A stretch of 33,309 nucleotides of DNA from Paracoccaceae bacterium (GCA_041546005.1 JBFEXG010000001.1:1-33309); one strand, 5' to 3'. Positions 16,172-26,106 are shown, counted from the first letter of the stretch. Notes: generated by a model not told the origin, from the sequence alone. A program made the numbers and translations.

Positions 16172-18319
16172 CTAGTTGTGACCGCGCGCTTTCAACTCAA
16201 GCCGGCGGCGATGCAGGACCGGCTCTGTATACCCTGAAGGCTGAACGCGGCCCTCGAACACAAGGTCGCAGGCGGCTTGGAAGGCGATGCTGTCGAAATC
16301 GGGGGCCATCGGGCGGTAGAATGGATCGCCCGCGTTCTGCCGGTCGACGACCTCGGCCATCTTCTTCATCGCAGCCATCGTGTCCTCGTGGCTCACGATA
16401 CCATGATGTAGCCAGTTGGCGATATGCTGCGAACTGATCCGGCAGGTGGCGCGGTCTTCCATCAGGCCCACATCGTGGATGTCGGGCACCTTGGAGCAGC
16501 CGACCCCCTGATCGATCCAGCGAACAACATAGCCGAGGATGCCCTGCGCGTTATTCTCGACCTCGCGGATGATCTGATCGCGGTTCCACTTGCGGTAGGT
16601 GGCAAGCGGAATGTCGAGTACGGCATCCACATAGGCCCGACGCCCACCCTTGGCGAGACGCGCCTGAACGGCGAAGACGTCGATCTTGTGATAATGCAGC
16701 GCGTGCAGGGTCGCGGCGGTGGGCGACGGCACCCAAGCGCAGTTGGCGCCCGCCTTGGGATGGTCGATCTTCTGCTCGAGCATCGCCGCCATCTGGTCGG
16801 GCATGGCCCACATGCCCTTGCCGATCTGGGCCTTGCCCGAGAGGCCGCATTCGAGGCCGATATCGACGTTCTGGTTCTCGTAAGCCGTGATCCAACCCTT
16901 GCGCTTGATGAAATCTTTGCGGCTGAAGGGGCCTGCTTCCATCGAGGTATGGATCTCGTCGCCGGTGCGGTCGAGGAAGCCGGTGTTGATAAAGGCCACC
17001 CGGTTCTTCGCGGCGCGGATACATTCCTTGAGGTTGACCGAGGTGCGGCGCTCTTCGTCCATCACGCCAAGCTTGACCGTGAACTGCGGCAGGCCGAGCA
17101 TCTTCTCGACATGGGTGAAGATTTCGTCGGCAAAGGCCACTTCTTCCGGCCCGTGCATCTTGGGCTTCACGACATAGACCGAGCCCTTGACCGAATTGCC
17201 GCCTTTTTGCTTGAGGTCATGGATGGCGATGAGTGTCGTCACGGCGGCATCCATCAGCCCCTCGAACACCTCGTCGCCGTTGCGATCAAGGATTGCGGGG
17301 TTGGTCATCAGGTGGCCGACATTGCGGATCCACAGAAGCGCACGGCCCTTGATCGAGGTTTCCTTGCCGTTTGGATCAAGGAAAGACAGATCGGGGTTCA
17401 GACGGCGGGTAAAGGTCTGGCCACCTTTGGAGACATCTTCCGCCAAATCCCCTTTCATCAGGCCGAGCCAGTTGCGATAGGCCACGACCTTGTCCTCGGC
17501 ATCGACGCAGGCGACGGAGTCCTCACAGTCCATGATCGCCGAAAGCGCACTCTCAAGGCGCACATCGGCCAGAAGCGCTTGATCGCGGCTGCCGATGAAA
17601 TGGGCGCGGTCGAACACGAGCTCGACGTGGAGACCGTTGTTGCGCAGGATCACCGAATGCGGCGCTTTCGGGTGGCCGCGATAGCCTACGAATTTCTCGG
17701 GGTGAACGAGCGGCAGATCATCGACGAGAAGCTGCCCCTTCTCCACATAATAGCGACGCACATCGGCGTGGCTGGTGCCGGCGATCGGGAACGCCTCATC
17801 AAGGAATACCCGCGCCCGCGCCACAACCCGCGCACCCCGCCCGCGCTCGTATCCGCCCTTGGGGATCGGGCCGGCCATAGCGTCGGTGCCGTAGAGGCAA
17901 TCGTAAAGGCTGCCCCAGCGGGCGTTGGCGGCGTTCAGCGCATAGCGGGCGTTGGTGATCGGCACGACAAGCTGCGGGCCCGCGACCGAAGCAATCTCGG
18001 GGTCGACATTCGAGGTTTCGATCTGGAAATCCTCGCCCTCGGGGAGGAGATAGCCAATTTCTGCGAGGAAGGCTTTGTAGGCCTCGTGATCATGCGGCTG
18101 GTCGCGATGAGCGATGTGCCAGGCGTCGATCTTGGACTGGATCTCGTCGCGCTTGGCCAGAAGCGCGCGGTTCTTCGGCCCAAGGTCGTGAACAAGGCTC
18201 GAGAATCCGGTCCAGAAGGCATCGGCGCCAATGCCGGTTCCCTCAAGCGCCTCTGTTTCTACAAAAGTCGCCAGCTCGGCCGCGACCTTCATTCCAGCTC
18301 TCACTACGCGTTCGACCAT
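16172..18319 (-). CDS. glcB: Malate synthase G
   Basis: 715 aa. Length and motifs ([60 protein letters not shown]) are typical of GlcB. Confidence 0.95.
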   Translation of the reverse strand: MVERVVRAGMKVAAELATFVETEALEGTGIGADAFWTGFSSLVHDLGPKNRALLAKRDEIQSKIDAWHIAHRDQPHDHEAYKAFLAEIGYLLPEGEDFQIETSNVDPEIASVAGPQLVVPITNARYALNAANARWGSLYDCLYGTDAMAGPIPKGGYERGRGARVVARARVFLDEAFPIAGTSHADVRRYYVEKGQLLVDDLPLVHPEKFVGYRGHPKAPHSVILRNNGLHVELVFDRAHFIGSRDQALLADVRLESALSAIMDCEDSVACVDAEDKVVAYRNWLGLMKGDLAEDVSKGGQTFTRRLNPDLSFLDPNGKETSIKGRALLWIRNVGHLMTNPAILDRNGDEVFEGLMDAAVTTLIAIHDLKQKGGNSVKGSVYVVKPKMHGPEEVAFADEIFTHVEKMLGLPQFTVKLGVMDEERRTSVNLKECIRAAKNRVAFINTGFLDRTGDEIHTSMEAGPFSRKDFIKRKGWITAYENQNVDIGLECGLSGKAQIGKGMWAMPDQMAAMLEQKIDHPKAGANCAWVPSPTAATLHALHYHKIDVFAVQARLAKGGRRAYVDAVLDIPLATYRKWNRDQIIREVENNAQGILGYVVRWIDQGVGCSKVPDIHDVGLMEDRATCRISSQHIANWLHHGIVSHEDTMAAMKKMAEVVDRQNAGDPFYRPMAPDFDSIAFQAACDLVFEGRVQPSGYTEPVLHRRRLELKARGHN

Positions 18320-18403
18320 CGCCCGACTCCCTTGGCTGTATGCATTGGTATGCAGGTGTTGGCGCCGACCTAACGCAAAAGTTTCCGATCGGCAACAGGA
18401 ACG

Positions 18404-18422
18404 TGGTCATATTCCCTGACCA
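18404..18422. promoter_or_regulatory. Inverted repeat TGGTCA-N7-TGACCA upstream of glcB (candidate operator); tandem GTATGCA-N3-GTATGCA lies at 18338-18354
   Basis: Read directly in the 190-nt glcB/gatB divergent region, 85-103 nt upstream of the glcB ATG (18319). Confidence 0.3.
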
Positions 18423-18509
18423 ATCCACGGGATACCACCATGCAACCGCCCTTGCTCCGCCCGCGCCCCTGTCCTAGAAGCCTTGGCGATAAGACGCGAG
18501 GAGTGCCCC

Positions 18510-20021
18510 ATGCTCGATTTGACCTATGACGCCCCCAAACCCAAAGTCATCGCTGGTGCCACCGGCGACTGGGAACTGGTGATCGGCCTCGAGGTTCACG
18601 CGCAGGTGGCCACCGCCGCCAAGCTCTTCTCCGGCGCCTCGACCCAATTCGGCGCCGAGCCCAATTCTAACGTCGCCTTCGTCGACGCCGGCATGCCCGG
18701 CATGCTGCCTGTGATCAACGAGGGCTGCGTGGCGCAGGCCGTCCGCACCGGCCTTGGCCTCAAGGCCGAGATCAACCTCTGGTCGGCCTTCGACCGGAAG
18801 AACTATTTCTACCCCGACCTGCCGCAGGGCTATCAGATCTCGCAGCTCTACCACCCGATCGTCGGCGAAGGCGAAGTCCTCGTCGAGATGGGCAATGGCA
18901 CCGCCCGCCTTGTGCGGATCGAACGCATCCACCTTGAGCAGGACGCCGGCAAATCCATCCACGACATGGACCCGCATATGTCCTTCGTCGATCTCAACCG
19001 CACCGGCGTTGCGCTGATGGAAATCGTGAGCCGCCCCGACATCCGTGGCCCCGAAGAGGCCGCCGCCTATGTCGGCAAGCTGCGCCAGATCATGCGCTAC
19101 CTCGGCACCTGCGACGGCAACATGCAAAACGGCAACCTCCGCGCTGACGTCAACGTCTCGGTCTGCCGCCCCGGCGACTACGAGAAATATCAGGCGACGC
19201 AGGATTTCTCGCATCTCGGCACCCGCTGCGAGATCAAGAACATGAACTCGATGCGCTTTATCCAGATGGCCATCGAATACGAAGCCCGCCGCCAGATCGC
19301 GATCCTTGAGGATGGCGGCAAGGTGAGCCAGGAAACCCGCCTCTACGACCCCGACCGCAACGAGACCCGCTCGATGCGCTCGAAGGAAGAGGCGCACGAC
19401 TACCGCTATTTCCCCGATCCCGACCTTCTGCCCTTGGAAATCGAGCAGGCCTGGGTCGACGATATCGCCGCCAACCTGCCCGAACTTCCCGACGACAAGA
19501 AAGCCCGCTTCATGGGCGATTTCGGCCTGTCGGACTATGACGCCTCGGTGCTGACCGCCGAGGTCGCCAACGCCGCCTATTTCGAAAAGGTGGCCGAGGG
19601 CCGCGACGGCAAGCTCGCCGCCAACTGGGTCATCAACGAGCTCTTCGGCCGCCTCAAGAAAGAAGACCACTCCATTGAGGACAGCCCTGTTTCCCCCGAA
19701 CAACTCGGCAAGATCGTCGGCCTCATCACCAAGGGCGACATTTCGGGCAAGATCGCCAAAGACCTATTCGAGATCATCTACACCGAAGGTGGCGATCCCG
19801 AAGCGATCGTCGAAGCCCGCGGCATGAAGCAGGTCACCGACACGGGCGCAATCGAGGCCGCCGTCGACGCGGTAATCGCCGAAAACCCCGCGCAGGTGGA
19901 AAAGGCCAAAGCCAACCCCAAGCTTGCAGGCTGGTTCGTCGGCCAAGTGATGAAGGCCACCGGCGGCAAAGCCAACCCGGCTGCGGTCAACGAGCTTGTC
20001 ACCAAAAAGCTCGGGCTCTAG
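18510..20021 (+). CDS. gatB: Asp-tRNA(Asn)/Glu-tRNA(Gln) amidotransferase subunit B
   Basis: [33 protein letters not shown]..., [17 protein letters not shown]-terminal YqeY/GatB domain. ATG 18510 with GAGGAG 7 nt upstream. The track ORF starts at an upstream TTG. Confidence 0.95.
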   Translation: MLDLTYDAPKPKVIAGATGDWELVIGLEVHAQVATAAKLFSGASTQFGAEPNSNVAFVDAGMPGMLPVINEGCVAQAVRTGLGLKAEINLWSAFDRKNYFYPDLPQGYQISQLYHPIVGEGEVLVEMGNGTARLVRIERIHLEQDAGKSIHDMDPHMSFVDLNRTGVALMEIVSRPDIRGPEEAAAYVGKLRQIMRYLGTCDGNMQNGNLRADVNVSVCRPGDYEKYQATQDFSHLGTRCEIKNMNSMRFIQMAIEYEARRQIAILEDGGKVSQETRLYDPDRNETRSMRSKEEAHDYRYFPDPDLLPLEIEQAWVDDIAANLPELPDDKKARFMGDFGLSDYDASVLTAEVANAAYFEKVAEGRDGKLAANWVINELFGRLKKEDHSIEDSPVSPEQLGKIVGLITKGDISGKIAKDLFEIIYTEGGDPEAIVEARGMKQVTDTGAIEAAVDAVIAENPAQVEKAKANPKLAGWFVGQVMKATGGKANPAAVNELVTKKLGL

Positions 20022-20056
20022 CCCTTTCTTTTGGCTCCAAATACTCCGGGGGTGAA

Positions 20057-20090
20057 CGGGCCGTCAGGCCCGGAGGGGGCAGAGCCCCCT
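20057..20090. terminator. Two tandem GC-rich hairpins between convergent gatB and the GFA-family gene (probable bidirectional terminator / REP-like element)
   Basis: CGGGCC-gtca-GGCCCG (20057-20072) and AGGGGGC-aga-GCCCCCT (20074-20090). No U-tract. Confidence 0.5.
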
Positions 20091-20097
20091 GCCCGCG

Positions 20098-20604
20098 CTA
20101 TTCCTTGTCCCGAACAGCGACCTTGACCAGAGCGGCGCGACGCTCAAGGCTCTCTGGCGACCAAGTCTCTTCGGTCACATAGTATTCTTCAACGACCTTG
20201 TGCTCGGGCGGCAGAATGACCCAAGGCTGCTTGGTCGAGGTGAAGATATGGACGTCTGGCGGCATGGCCGTGGGGTCATCCAGCGTTCCGGCTCGAATGA
20301 ATTTGAAATACTTCCTGTAGCCGCCAAAATAATACTGGCTCCAGACCGTCACCCGGCATTTCGGGCAGCGCGCCATGAGCTGCCCCTTGCCGCCCGGCGA
20401 GGGGATCATCATCTCCTCGACCTCGCCCTGCAAAAGGCTCACTCGGTCAGCTTCGATGATCGCGTTGGTGGCAAATGCGGTGCCCGACTGGCGTTGACAC
20501 CATGTGCAATGGCATCCATGCACAATCAGCGGCCCAGAACTCATCCGATACCGGACATGGCCGCAGGTGCAGCCCCCGTCGGAGTGCTTGGAACTGTCCG
20601 ACAT
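20098..20604 (-). CDS. GFA-family (CENP-V/glutathione-dependent formaldehyde-activating-like) zinc protein
   Basis: CTCGHVRY...HGCHCTWCQRQSG...CPKC cysteine pattern of the GFA domain. ATG 20604 preferred over the upstream alternative start. Confidence 0.8.
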   Translation of the reverse strand: MSDSSKHSDGGCTCGHVRYRMSSGPLIVHGCHCTWCQRQSGTAFATNAIIEADRVSLLQGEVEEMMIPSPGGKGQLMARCPKCRVTVWSQYYFGGYRKYFKFIRAGTLDDPTAMPPDVHIFTSTKQPWVILPPEHKVVEEYYVTEETWSPESLERRAALVKVAVRDKE

Positions 20605-20662
20605 GATCTTTCCCCCCAATCGCTAGAGGGACAGCCTAAACCAAACTGGGAGAATCCCCAAA

Positions 20663-21454
20663 TCAGGCGCGATGCGCGCCGTCGGCAAGGCTTTTCACGA
20701 AAGCCAGAATGTCTGCCACGCTGTCGCCCTTGGCAATGCGCTCGACAATGGCCGAGCCAACCACAGCGCCATCGGCCACGCTGGCGATGGTCTGGGCGGC
20801 GTCCGGCGTCTTGATGCCGAAGCCCACTATCACCGGAAGATCGGTCTTGGCCTTGATCCGCGCGACCTCGGGGCCGACATCGCCCACGACCGCATTGGCC
20901 GCGCCCGTAATACCCGTGATCGAGACGTAATAGACAAAGCCCGAAGTATTGGTGAGCACTTTGGGCAGGCGCTTGTCGTCCGTGGTCGGCGTTGCGAGGC
21001 GAATGAAGTTGAGCCCCATCTTCTGCGCCGGAATACACAGCTCCGCATCTTCCTCGGGCGGCAGATCGACCACGATCAACCCATCAACACCCGCCTCTTT
21101 CGCATCGACAAGGAACTTGTCCACGCCACGCGAATAGATCGGGTTGTAGTAGCCCATCAGTACGACCGGTGTCTCGTTGTCGTCTTTGCGCAGCTCGCGC
21201 ACCATCTGGAGGGTTTTCTCAAGGGTCTGCCCGCCAGCAAGGGCGCGCTGACCGGCCAACTGGATGGTCGGTCCATCGGCCATCGGATCGGTAAACGGCA
21301 TCCCCAACTCGATCACATCCACACCCGCCGCCGGCAGACCTTTCACGATCTCAAGCGAGGTTTCATAATCCGGATCGCCCCCCATCACATAGGCGACAAA
21401 GCCCTTGCGGCCTTCTGCCCTGAGTTTGGCGAATTTGGCGTCGATCCGAGTCAT
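20663..21454 (-). CDS. trpA: Tryptophan synthase alpha chain
   Basis: 263 aa. [43 protein letters not shown]. Classic TrpA motifs. Confidence 0.95.
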   Translation of the reverse strand: MTRIDAKFAKLRAEGRKGFVAYVMGGDPDYETSLEIVKGLPAAGVDVIELGMPFTDPMADGPTIQLAGQRALAGGQTLEKTLQMVRELRKDDNETPVVLMGYYNPIYSRGVDKFLVDAKEAGVDGLIVVDLPPEEDAELCIPAQKMGLNFIRLATPTTDDKRLPKVLTNTSGFVYYVSITGITGAANAVVGDVGPEVARIKAKTDLPVIVGFGIKTPDAAQTIASVADGAVVGSAIVERIAKGDSVADILAFVKSLADGAHRA

Positions 21455-21571
21455 CGTCTTTCCCTCATATGGTCCGAGCGGGTTTGAGCCATGAAAGGGG
21501 GAAAATCAAGCCTGCGCGGCGGCGCATCCCCCCTTGGCGCAGGATTGTCGCAGGTCCGAGGTCGGAGAGGC

Positions 21572-22096
21572 TCAGCCGAAAATCGCCGCCGGATGATCGG
21601 CCATATAGATACGCAGCCACGGGGTATAGGCTTCGGGCCGCGCCGCGATATTGGCCTCAAGCGCCTTGCGCGACATCCAGACGGTTTCCATCACCTCGTC
21701 GGGATTGGCCGCAAATTTCAGATCGGCAGGCGCTTCGGCCACGAAGAGATCGACCACTTCGTGCTCGGTCATTCCGCCACCGACCTCAGCCCGATACTCG
21801 ACCTCTTGCTTCCAAACCGGATCGAGGCCCGTGATCCCGAGCTCTTCCTCAAGCCGCCGCTGGGCGCAGTCGCGCGGGGCCTCGCCCCACAAAGGATGGG
21901 TGCAGCAGGTATTCGCCCAAAGGCCCGGTGTGTGGTATTTGCCGAGCGCGCGGCGCTGCAGGAGAATCTGGTCTCCCGCCATCACGAAAACGCTGACAGC
22001 CCGATGCTTGATCCCGCGATGATGCACATCGAGCTTGTCGAGCGGCACAAGCGCGCCATCCACCCATGCGGGGATCATTTGCGGGTTCTGGATCAT
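21572..22096 (-). CDS. idi: Isopentenyl-diphosphate delta-isomerase, type 1 (Nudix)
   Basis: 174 aa. HRAVSVFV, LLQRRALGKYHTPGLWANTCCTHP, EHEVVDLF. A start at the second ATG (22078) is also possible. Confidence 0.88.
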   Translation of the reverse strand: MIQNPQMIPAWVDGALVPLDKLDVHHRGIKHRAVSVFVMAGDQILLQRRALGKYHTPGLWANTCCTHPLWGEAPRDCAQRRLEEELGITGLDPVWKQEVEYRAEVGGGMTEHEVVDLFVAEAPADLKFAANPDEVMETVWMSRKALEANIAARPEAYTPWLRIYMADHPAAIFG

Positions 22097-22253
22097 GGGC
22101 CAGCGCTTTGCGGCAATCTTCTCCGCTTGCCAAGCCCCTTTTGCGGCCTGCGTCCGTGGCCATTCCGCACGGGGGCTTCAATTCGGGCCACTCTTGAGAT
22201 AATTTCCGCCCGTCCAGCCACTCTTGCAAAGAGTCGCATCTCTAGGAGCAATC

Positions 22254-22703
22254 ATGAAGAAATTTGGATTTGCCGCCGCTGTGGCGCTGGCTGCCGGGAT
22301 TGCGACGGCCCAGGAAGCGCCGACAGGCGACGCCGCCAGCGGCGAAACTGCGTTTGGCCGCCAGTGTGTCTCATGTCATTCGGTCGTGAGCCCCGAAGGC
22401 GAAGTTGTCGCCGGACGCGGCGCCAAGACCGGCCCCAACCTCTATGGCCTAATGGGCCGCCTGATTGGGTCTCTCGAAGGATTCCGCTATGGCGAATCGA
22501 TCCTCAAAGTGGCCGAGACCGAGGCCGCATGGGACGAAGCCGCTTTCGTTGCCTATGTGCAGGATCCGACCGCATGGCTCCGCACCACACTCGACGACGC
22601 CCGCGCCCGTTCGAAAATGGCCTACAAGGTCCGCTCCGCTGAGGAGGCTGCAAATCTTTGGGCCTATCTCGCGGCGTTTGGCGCTGAGGAAGCCAGCGAA
22701 TAG
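22254..22703 (+). CDS. Periplasmic class I c-type cytochrome (cytochrome c2/c550-like)
   Basis: Signal MKKFGFAAAVALAAGIATAQE, CVSCH heme motif, KTGPNLYGL and KMAYK (axial Met region). AGGAG 5 nt upstream of ATG 22254. Confidence 0.88.
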   Translation: MKKFGFAAAVALAAGIATAQEAPTGDAASGETAFGRQCVSCHSVVSPEGEVVAGRGAKTGPNLYGLMGRLIGSLEGFRYGESILKVAETEAAWDEAAFVAYVQDPTAWLRTTLDDARARSKMAYKVRSAEEAANLWAYLAAFGAEEASE

Positions 22704-22721
22704 CCTTGGCCGCCGCCAATT

Positions 22722-22755
22722 GGGCCGCCCGCAGCGACCGGGCGGCCTATTCTTT
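22722..22755 (+). terminator. Rho-independent terminator after the cytochrome c2-like gene
   Basis: GGCCGCCCG-cagcgac-CGGGCGGCC followed by TATTCTTT. 9-bp perfect stem, starts about 20 nt after the stop. Confidence 0.8.
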
Positions 22756-22815
22756 GACAGACACCCCGGCTTTGCTAGGTTGACGCAACCCGGCCCATGA
22801 CCATTGAGACCTAGA

Positions 22816-23151
22816 ATGCAGACCACCGAATACCGTGTCGAACCAGCCCCGCGCCGTGGCACCAAGGCCAAGGGTCTCAAAACCGCAGAAGACCGGTTTG
22901 CTGCGGCGCTGACGGCCAAGTTCAACGAGATGGCGGCAGAGGGCTGGAACTATCTGCGGGCCGACACCCTGCCCTGCGACGAGCGCAGCGGCATCGCCGG
23001 ACGCAGCACGACCTATCACAGTGTTCTGATCTTCAGCCGCCCGAAGACGGAAACCGCGACCGAAGCCCCCGTCGCATTGGCCGCGCCCGAAGCAAGCCCG
23101 CCCGCGGCGCTGCCCGCCGCCAAGAGCGACGAGCCCAAAAGCGCCGACTGA
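22816..23151 (+). CDS. DUF4177-domain protein with a Pro/Ala-rich C-terminal tail
   Basis: MQTTEYRVEPAPRRGTKAKGLKTAEDRFAAALTAKFNEMAAEGWNYLRADTLPCDERSG... resembles the conserved DUF4177 proteins of Rhodobacterales as I recall them. Confidence 0.65.
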   Translation: MQTTEYRVEPAPRRGTKAKGLKTAEDRFAAALTAKFNEMAAEGWNYLRADTLPCDERSGIAGRSTTYHSVLIFSRPKTETATEAPVALAAPEASPPAALPAAKSDEPKSAD

Positions 23152-23406
23152 TCAGCGGATATCGATCGCCAAGGCGTGAATGCGGCCGATGATATCCTTG
23201 CCAAGCGCGGCATGGATTGCGCGATGTCGGGCGAGTCGGTTCATGCTTTCAAAGGCCGGTGAGGCGATCACAATCTGCCAATGGCTCTCGCCACCTTCCT
23301 GATATCCGGCATGGCCGCGGTGTTTTTCGCTGTCATCGATAATTTCGAGAAGGCTTGGCGCAAAGGCCTCGGTCAGCCGTGTGGCCATTTGATCGGCAAT
23401 TCCCAT
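23152..23406 (-). CDS. bolA: BolA-family protein
   Basis: MGIADQMATRLTEAFAPSLLEIIDDSEKHRGHAGY...HWQIVIASPAFESMNRLARHRAIHAAL. BolA signature. GAGG 7 nt upstream of ATG 23406. Confidence 0.85.
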   Translation of the reverse strand: MGIADQMATRLTEAFAPSLLEIIDDSEKHRGHAGYQEGGESHWQIVIASPAFESMNRLARHRAIHAALGKDIIGRIHALAIDIR

Positions 23407-23480
23407 AAAATTTCCTCTGCCCTCTTCAATCTCCGGTCTCAACGTTTAAACTGCTGCGTCCGAGTCGGAAAGGTGTACCC

Positions 23481-24113
23481 ATGGCTAAGACTGACCCTTT
23501 TGGTTTCGATATGTCAGTGTCGTCCTCGAAAAAGAAGAACCCGCGCGGACGGCGGGGGATGTCTGGTGCTTTCGAAACATCCAACCGTGTCTGCGACCAT
23601 CCGGGCTGCGAGGAGGCGGGCAAATATCGCGCGCCGAAATCGCCTGACGTGCTCGATGACTACTTCTGGTTCTGCAAGGACCACGTTCGCGAGTATAACC
23701 TGAAATGGAATTTCTTCGACGGGGCCACGGAGCAGGAATTTCTCGAGCAGGTCGACAAGGATCGGGTTTGGGAACGTCCCACCAAGCCTTTCGGCAAACG
23801 CTCGGAAGAGCAGCGCGCTTGGGCGAGGCTTGGGGTTGATGATCCCCATCAGGTCTTGGGCGAGAACGCCACCCGCAATCCCGGCAAGAATGTCACCGGC
23901 ACACGCCGCCTACCGCCGACTGAACGCCGCGCTGTGGATATCCTCGAGGTCAAGGACAACATGACCAAGGCCGAAATCCGCAAGAGCTATAAGGCGCTGA
24001 TCAAGGTTCTGCACCCCGACATGAATGGCGGGGACCGGAGCCAGGAAGAGCAACTGGCCGAGGTGGTCTGGGCCTGGGATCAGATCAAGGTCAGCCGTCA
24101 CTTCGCCGACTAG
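23481..24113 (+). CDS. J-domain protein with an N-terminal Cys/His zinc-knuckle-like region
   Basis: C-terminal J domain with HPD (KAEIRKSYKALIKVLHPDMNGGD). N-terminal CDHPGC...FCKDH pattern. Divergent from bolA across a 74-nt spacer. Confidence 0.85.
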   Translation: MAKTDPFGFDMSVSSSKKKNPRGRRGMSGAFETSNRVCDHPGCEEAGKYRAPKSPDVLDDYFWFCKDHVREYNLKWNFFDGATEQEFLEQVDKDRVWERPTKPFGKRSEEQRAWARLGVDDPHQVLGENATRNPGKNVTGTRRLPPTERRAVDILEVKDNMTKAEIRKSYKALIKVLHPDMNGGDRSQEEQLAEVVWAWDQIKVSRHFAD

Positions 24114-24580
24114 AACGTCGCGCCTCGCGCGCGCCAAAGCAACAACCGGCGGTGCACAAGGGCGAGCGTCGCCGCAAGGCCGACCGCCGCCGCGGGTATG
24201 GCCGTCAACGTGACGATCACCGCGAAGGGTGCGAACATCGTCCCAAAGATCGGCAGGACCAGCGAGCCGCCGGCAATGGCACTGGTCATCGCAAAAACAA
24301 AACTTCCCCGCACTGCCAAGAGGATCCCTTTCGTGCCGGGCCAGCCAAGATCCCGCCAAGCCATTCCCAGTCCAGCCCATGCGCCGACAGCGCCCGAAAG
24401 CGCCACCCACAGTCCATAAGACAAAGACAAAGATCCACCCGAAAGGCGCAAGACGACGGCGAGGCTCATCGCGGCCCCACTGACAAGGACGAGCGCGCTT
24501 GCCAGCACCAAACCGCCGCCCGGCTGGTCGCCGACGCGCCGCAAAGAGGGCAGCTTGGGTGTCAATGTTGCAGACATCAT
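24110..24580 (-). CDS. Hypothetical small polytopic membrane protein
   Basis: [15 protein letters not shown] followed by about 4-5 hydrophobic Gly/Ala/Leu-rich segments. GC3-rich. I recognise no family. Start assigned to ATG 24580. Confidence 0.5.
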   Translation of the reverse strand: MMSATLTPKLPSLRRVGDQPGGGLVLASALVLVSGAAMSLAVVLRLSGGSLSLSYGLWVALSGAVGAWAGLGMAWRDLGWPGTKGILLAVRGSFVFAMTSAIAGGSLVLPIFGTMFAPFAVIVTLTAIPAAAVGLAATLALVHRRLLLWRARGATF

Positions 24581-24761
24581 AGGGCCAACGTGCCGCTTTC
24601 GGGCCACTCCGGCCAGCCCTGGCCCACGCAACGCTCTGTTTCCCTATTGGCACAATACGGCCACCGCGCCCATATATTGCCTCGACCCCTTCCCCTTGCA
24701 GCCGCATGGGATATGGTGCATCCCGAACACCGAAAAGACGCCCAGACGAAAGCATCCCCCC

Positions 24762-25748
24762 ATGGCCGACGGAATGACCGATATCAACGCGAAACCCACC
24801 GAAGAAATCTCGGTCCGCGATGTCTTTGGCATCGACACCGATATGAAGGTGAAAGGCTTTGCCGAACGTGGCGACCGCGTGCCGGATATCGACCCCACCT
24901 ACAAGTTCGATCCCGATACCACGCTCGCGATCCTCGCAGGCTTTGGCTATAACCGCCGCGTCATGATCCAAGGCTATCACGGCACCGGCAAATCGACCCA
25001 TATCGAGCAGGTCGCCGCCCGCCTCAACTGGCCCTGCGTGCGCGTCAACCTCGACAGCCACATCAGCCGGATCGACCTCATCGGCAAGGATGCGATCAAG
25101 CTCAAGGACGGCAAGCAGGTGACCGAGTTCCACGAGGGCATCCTGCCTTGGGCGCTGCGCAACCCTGTCGCCATTGTGTTCGACGAATACGATGCGGGCC
25201 GGGCCGACGTGATGTTCGTGATCCAGCGGGTTCTCGAGCATGACGGCAAGCTGACGCTGATGGATCAGAACGAGATCATCACGCCCAACCCCTATTTCCG
25301 CCTGTTCGCCACAGCCAATACCGTGGGCCTTGGCGAGACCACGGGCCTTTATCACGGCACCCAACAGATCAACCAAGCGCAGATGGACCGCTGGTCGCTT
25401 GTCGCCACGCTGAACTATCTCAGCCACGATGCCGAGACCGCGATCGTTCTGTCGAAGGCGCCGCATTACAACACCGACAAGGGCCGCAAGACGATCAGCC
25501 AGATGGTGACCGTCGCTGACTTGACCCGCACCGCCTTCATGAACGGCGATCTGTCGACCGTGATGAGCCCGCGCACCGTCATCGCCTGGGCCCAGAACGC
25601 CGAGATTTTCCGCGATGTGGGCTATGCCTTCCGCCTGTCTTTCCTGAACAAGTGTGACGAGCTGGAGCGCCAGACCGTCGCCGAGTTTTATCAGCGTTGC
25701 TTTGATGAGGAGCTTCCCGAAAGTGCTGCATCTCTCTCGTTGGGCTAA
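24762..25748 (+). CDS. cobS: CobS-type AAA+ (MoxR-like) ATPase, aerobic cobaltochelatase subunit S homologue
   Basis: [33 protein letters not shown]..., Walker [10 protein letters not shown], Walker [10 protein letters not shown], typical CobS C-terminus. The track ORF starts upstream at 24555, but ATG 24762 matches the CobS N-terminus. Confidence 0.9.
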   Translation: MADGMTDINAKPTEEISVRDVFGIDTDMKVKGFAERGDRVPDIDPTYKFDPDTTLAILAGFGYNRRVMIQGYHGTGKSTHIEQVAARLNWPCVRVNLDSHISRIDLIGKDAIKLKDGKQVTEFHEGILPWALRNPVAIVFDEYDAGRADVMFVIQRVLEHDGKLTLMDQNEIITPNPYFRLFATANTVGLGETTGLYHGTQQINQAQMDRWSLVATLNYLSHDAETAIVLSKAPHYNTDKGRKTISQMVTVADLTRTAFMNGDLSTVMSPRTVIAWAQNAEIFRDVGYAFRLSFLNKCDELERQTVAEFYQRCFDEELPESAASLSLG

Positions 25749-26106
25749 ACTGCCCGCCGCCATCGCCCTTGCCGCTTCGGCCACTGTCGCCTCGGCTCAG
25801 GGGCTCGACAGCCTGCCCGAGGATCAGCAGCTTGGCTTCTGCGCGACCTTCTATATGGCCGAGCAGCAGGCCACGGGAGCCGAGGAAAGCGCACTTGCTG
25901 CTGCTTTCCTTCAGTTGGCCGCCAATATCTCTGAACAGGAGACCGAGGCGCTGACCGAAAAGCTCCAGCCTGCGGCGGATATGCTAGTCGAGTCCTTCGG
26001 AAAACAGGCCGAGAGCATGACCGCGCAGATGATGATCGATTTCTCGCGCAGCTTTTGCGAGGGGATCACCGAAAACTATGACGAAACGCGCGGCCTTCTC
26101 GAGTGA
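25705..26106 (+). CDS. Small secreted (signal-peptide) protein with two Cys, nested between cobS and cobT
   Basis: [33 protein letters not shown] then an acidic, helical-looking, about 100-aa region with 2 Cys. Strong GC3 bias. Overlaps the cobS 3' end (ATG 25705, or GTG 25723). Its TGA overlaps the cobT GTG (GTGA at 26103-26106). Confidence 0.65.
   Translation: MRSFPKVLHLSRWAKLPAAIALAASATVASAQGLDSLPEDQQLGFCATFYMAEQQATGAEESALAAAFLQLAANISEQETEALTEKLQPAADMLVESFGKQAESMTAQMMIDFSRSFCEGITENYDETRGLLE

Noticed and set aside
16424-18373. 649-aa ORF antisense to glcB
   Set aside because: Same reasoning. It is entirely inside malate synthase G on the other strand, has low-complexity R/G/D/H-rich sequence and no motifs.
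18320-18509. Possible glycine riboswitch upstream of malate synthase (as known in SAR11)
   Set aside because: The minus-strand leader lacks the conserved GGAGAG...CACCG...CTCTGGAGAG...ACCGAAGGGGCAA-type cores. The region is also only 190 nt and is shared with the gatB promoter.
18474-19703. 409-aa ORF antisense to gatB
   Set aside because: Antisense shadow ORF with no family resemblance. gatB on the + strand is unambiguous.
21491-22642. 383-aa + strand ORF crossing idi (antisense), the intergenic region and the cytochrome c2 gene out of frame
   Set aside because: Runs through two well-supported genes and a promoter region. The sequence is arginine-rich nonsense, consistent with a GC-driven open frame.
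21572-22703. idi next to a cytochrome c2-like gene as a hint of a photosynthesis or carotenoid gene cluster
   Set aside because: No bch, puf, puh or crt genes are adjacent. The flanks are trpA and DUF4177/bolA, so this is just local adjacency.
24581-24761. Possible cobalamin riboswitch upstream of cobS
   Set aside because: I could not find a B12-box-like core or the expected multi-stem architecture by eye. Only short palindromes are present (GGCCAG-cc-CTGGCC, GGGAT-N7-ATCCC). A cmsearch with RF00174 would settle it.
23910-25784. 624-aa ORF antisense to the J-domain gene end, the membrane-protein region and cobS
   Set aside because: Spans several genuine genes and intergenic DNA in one frame and has an R/G/A/D/H-rich shadow composition. 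The cobS and J-domain assignments explain the coding signal.
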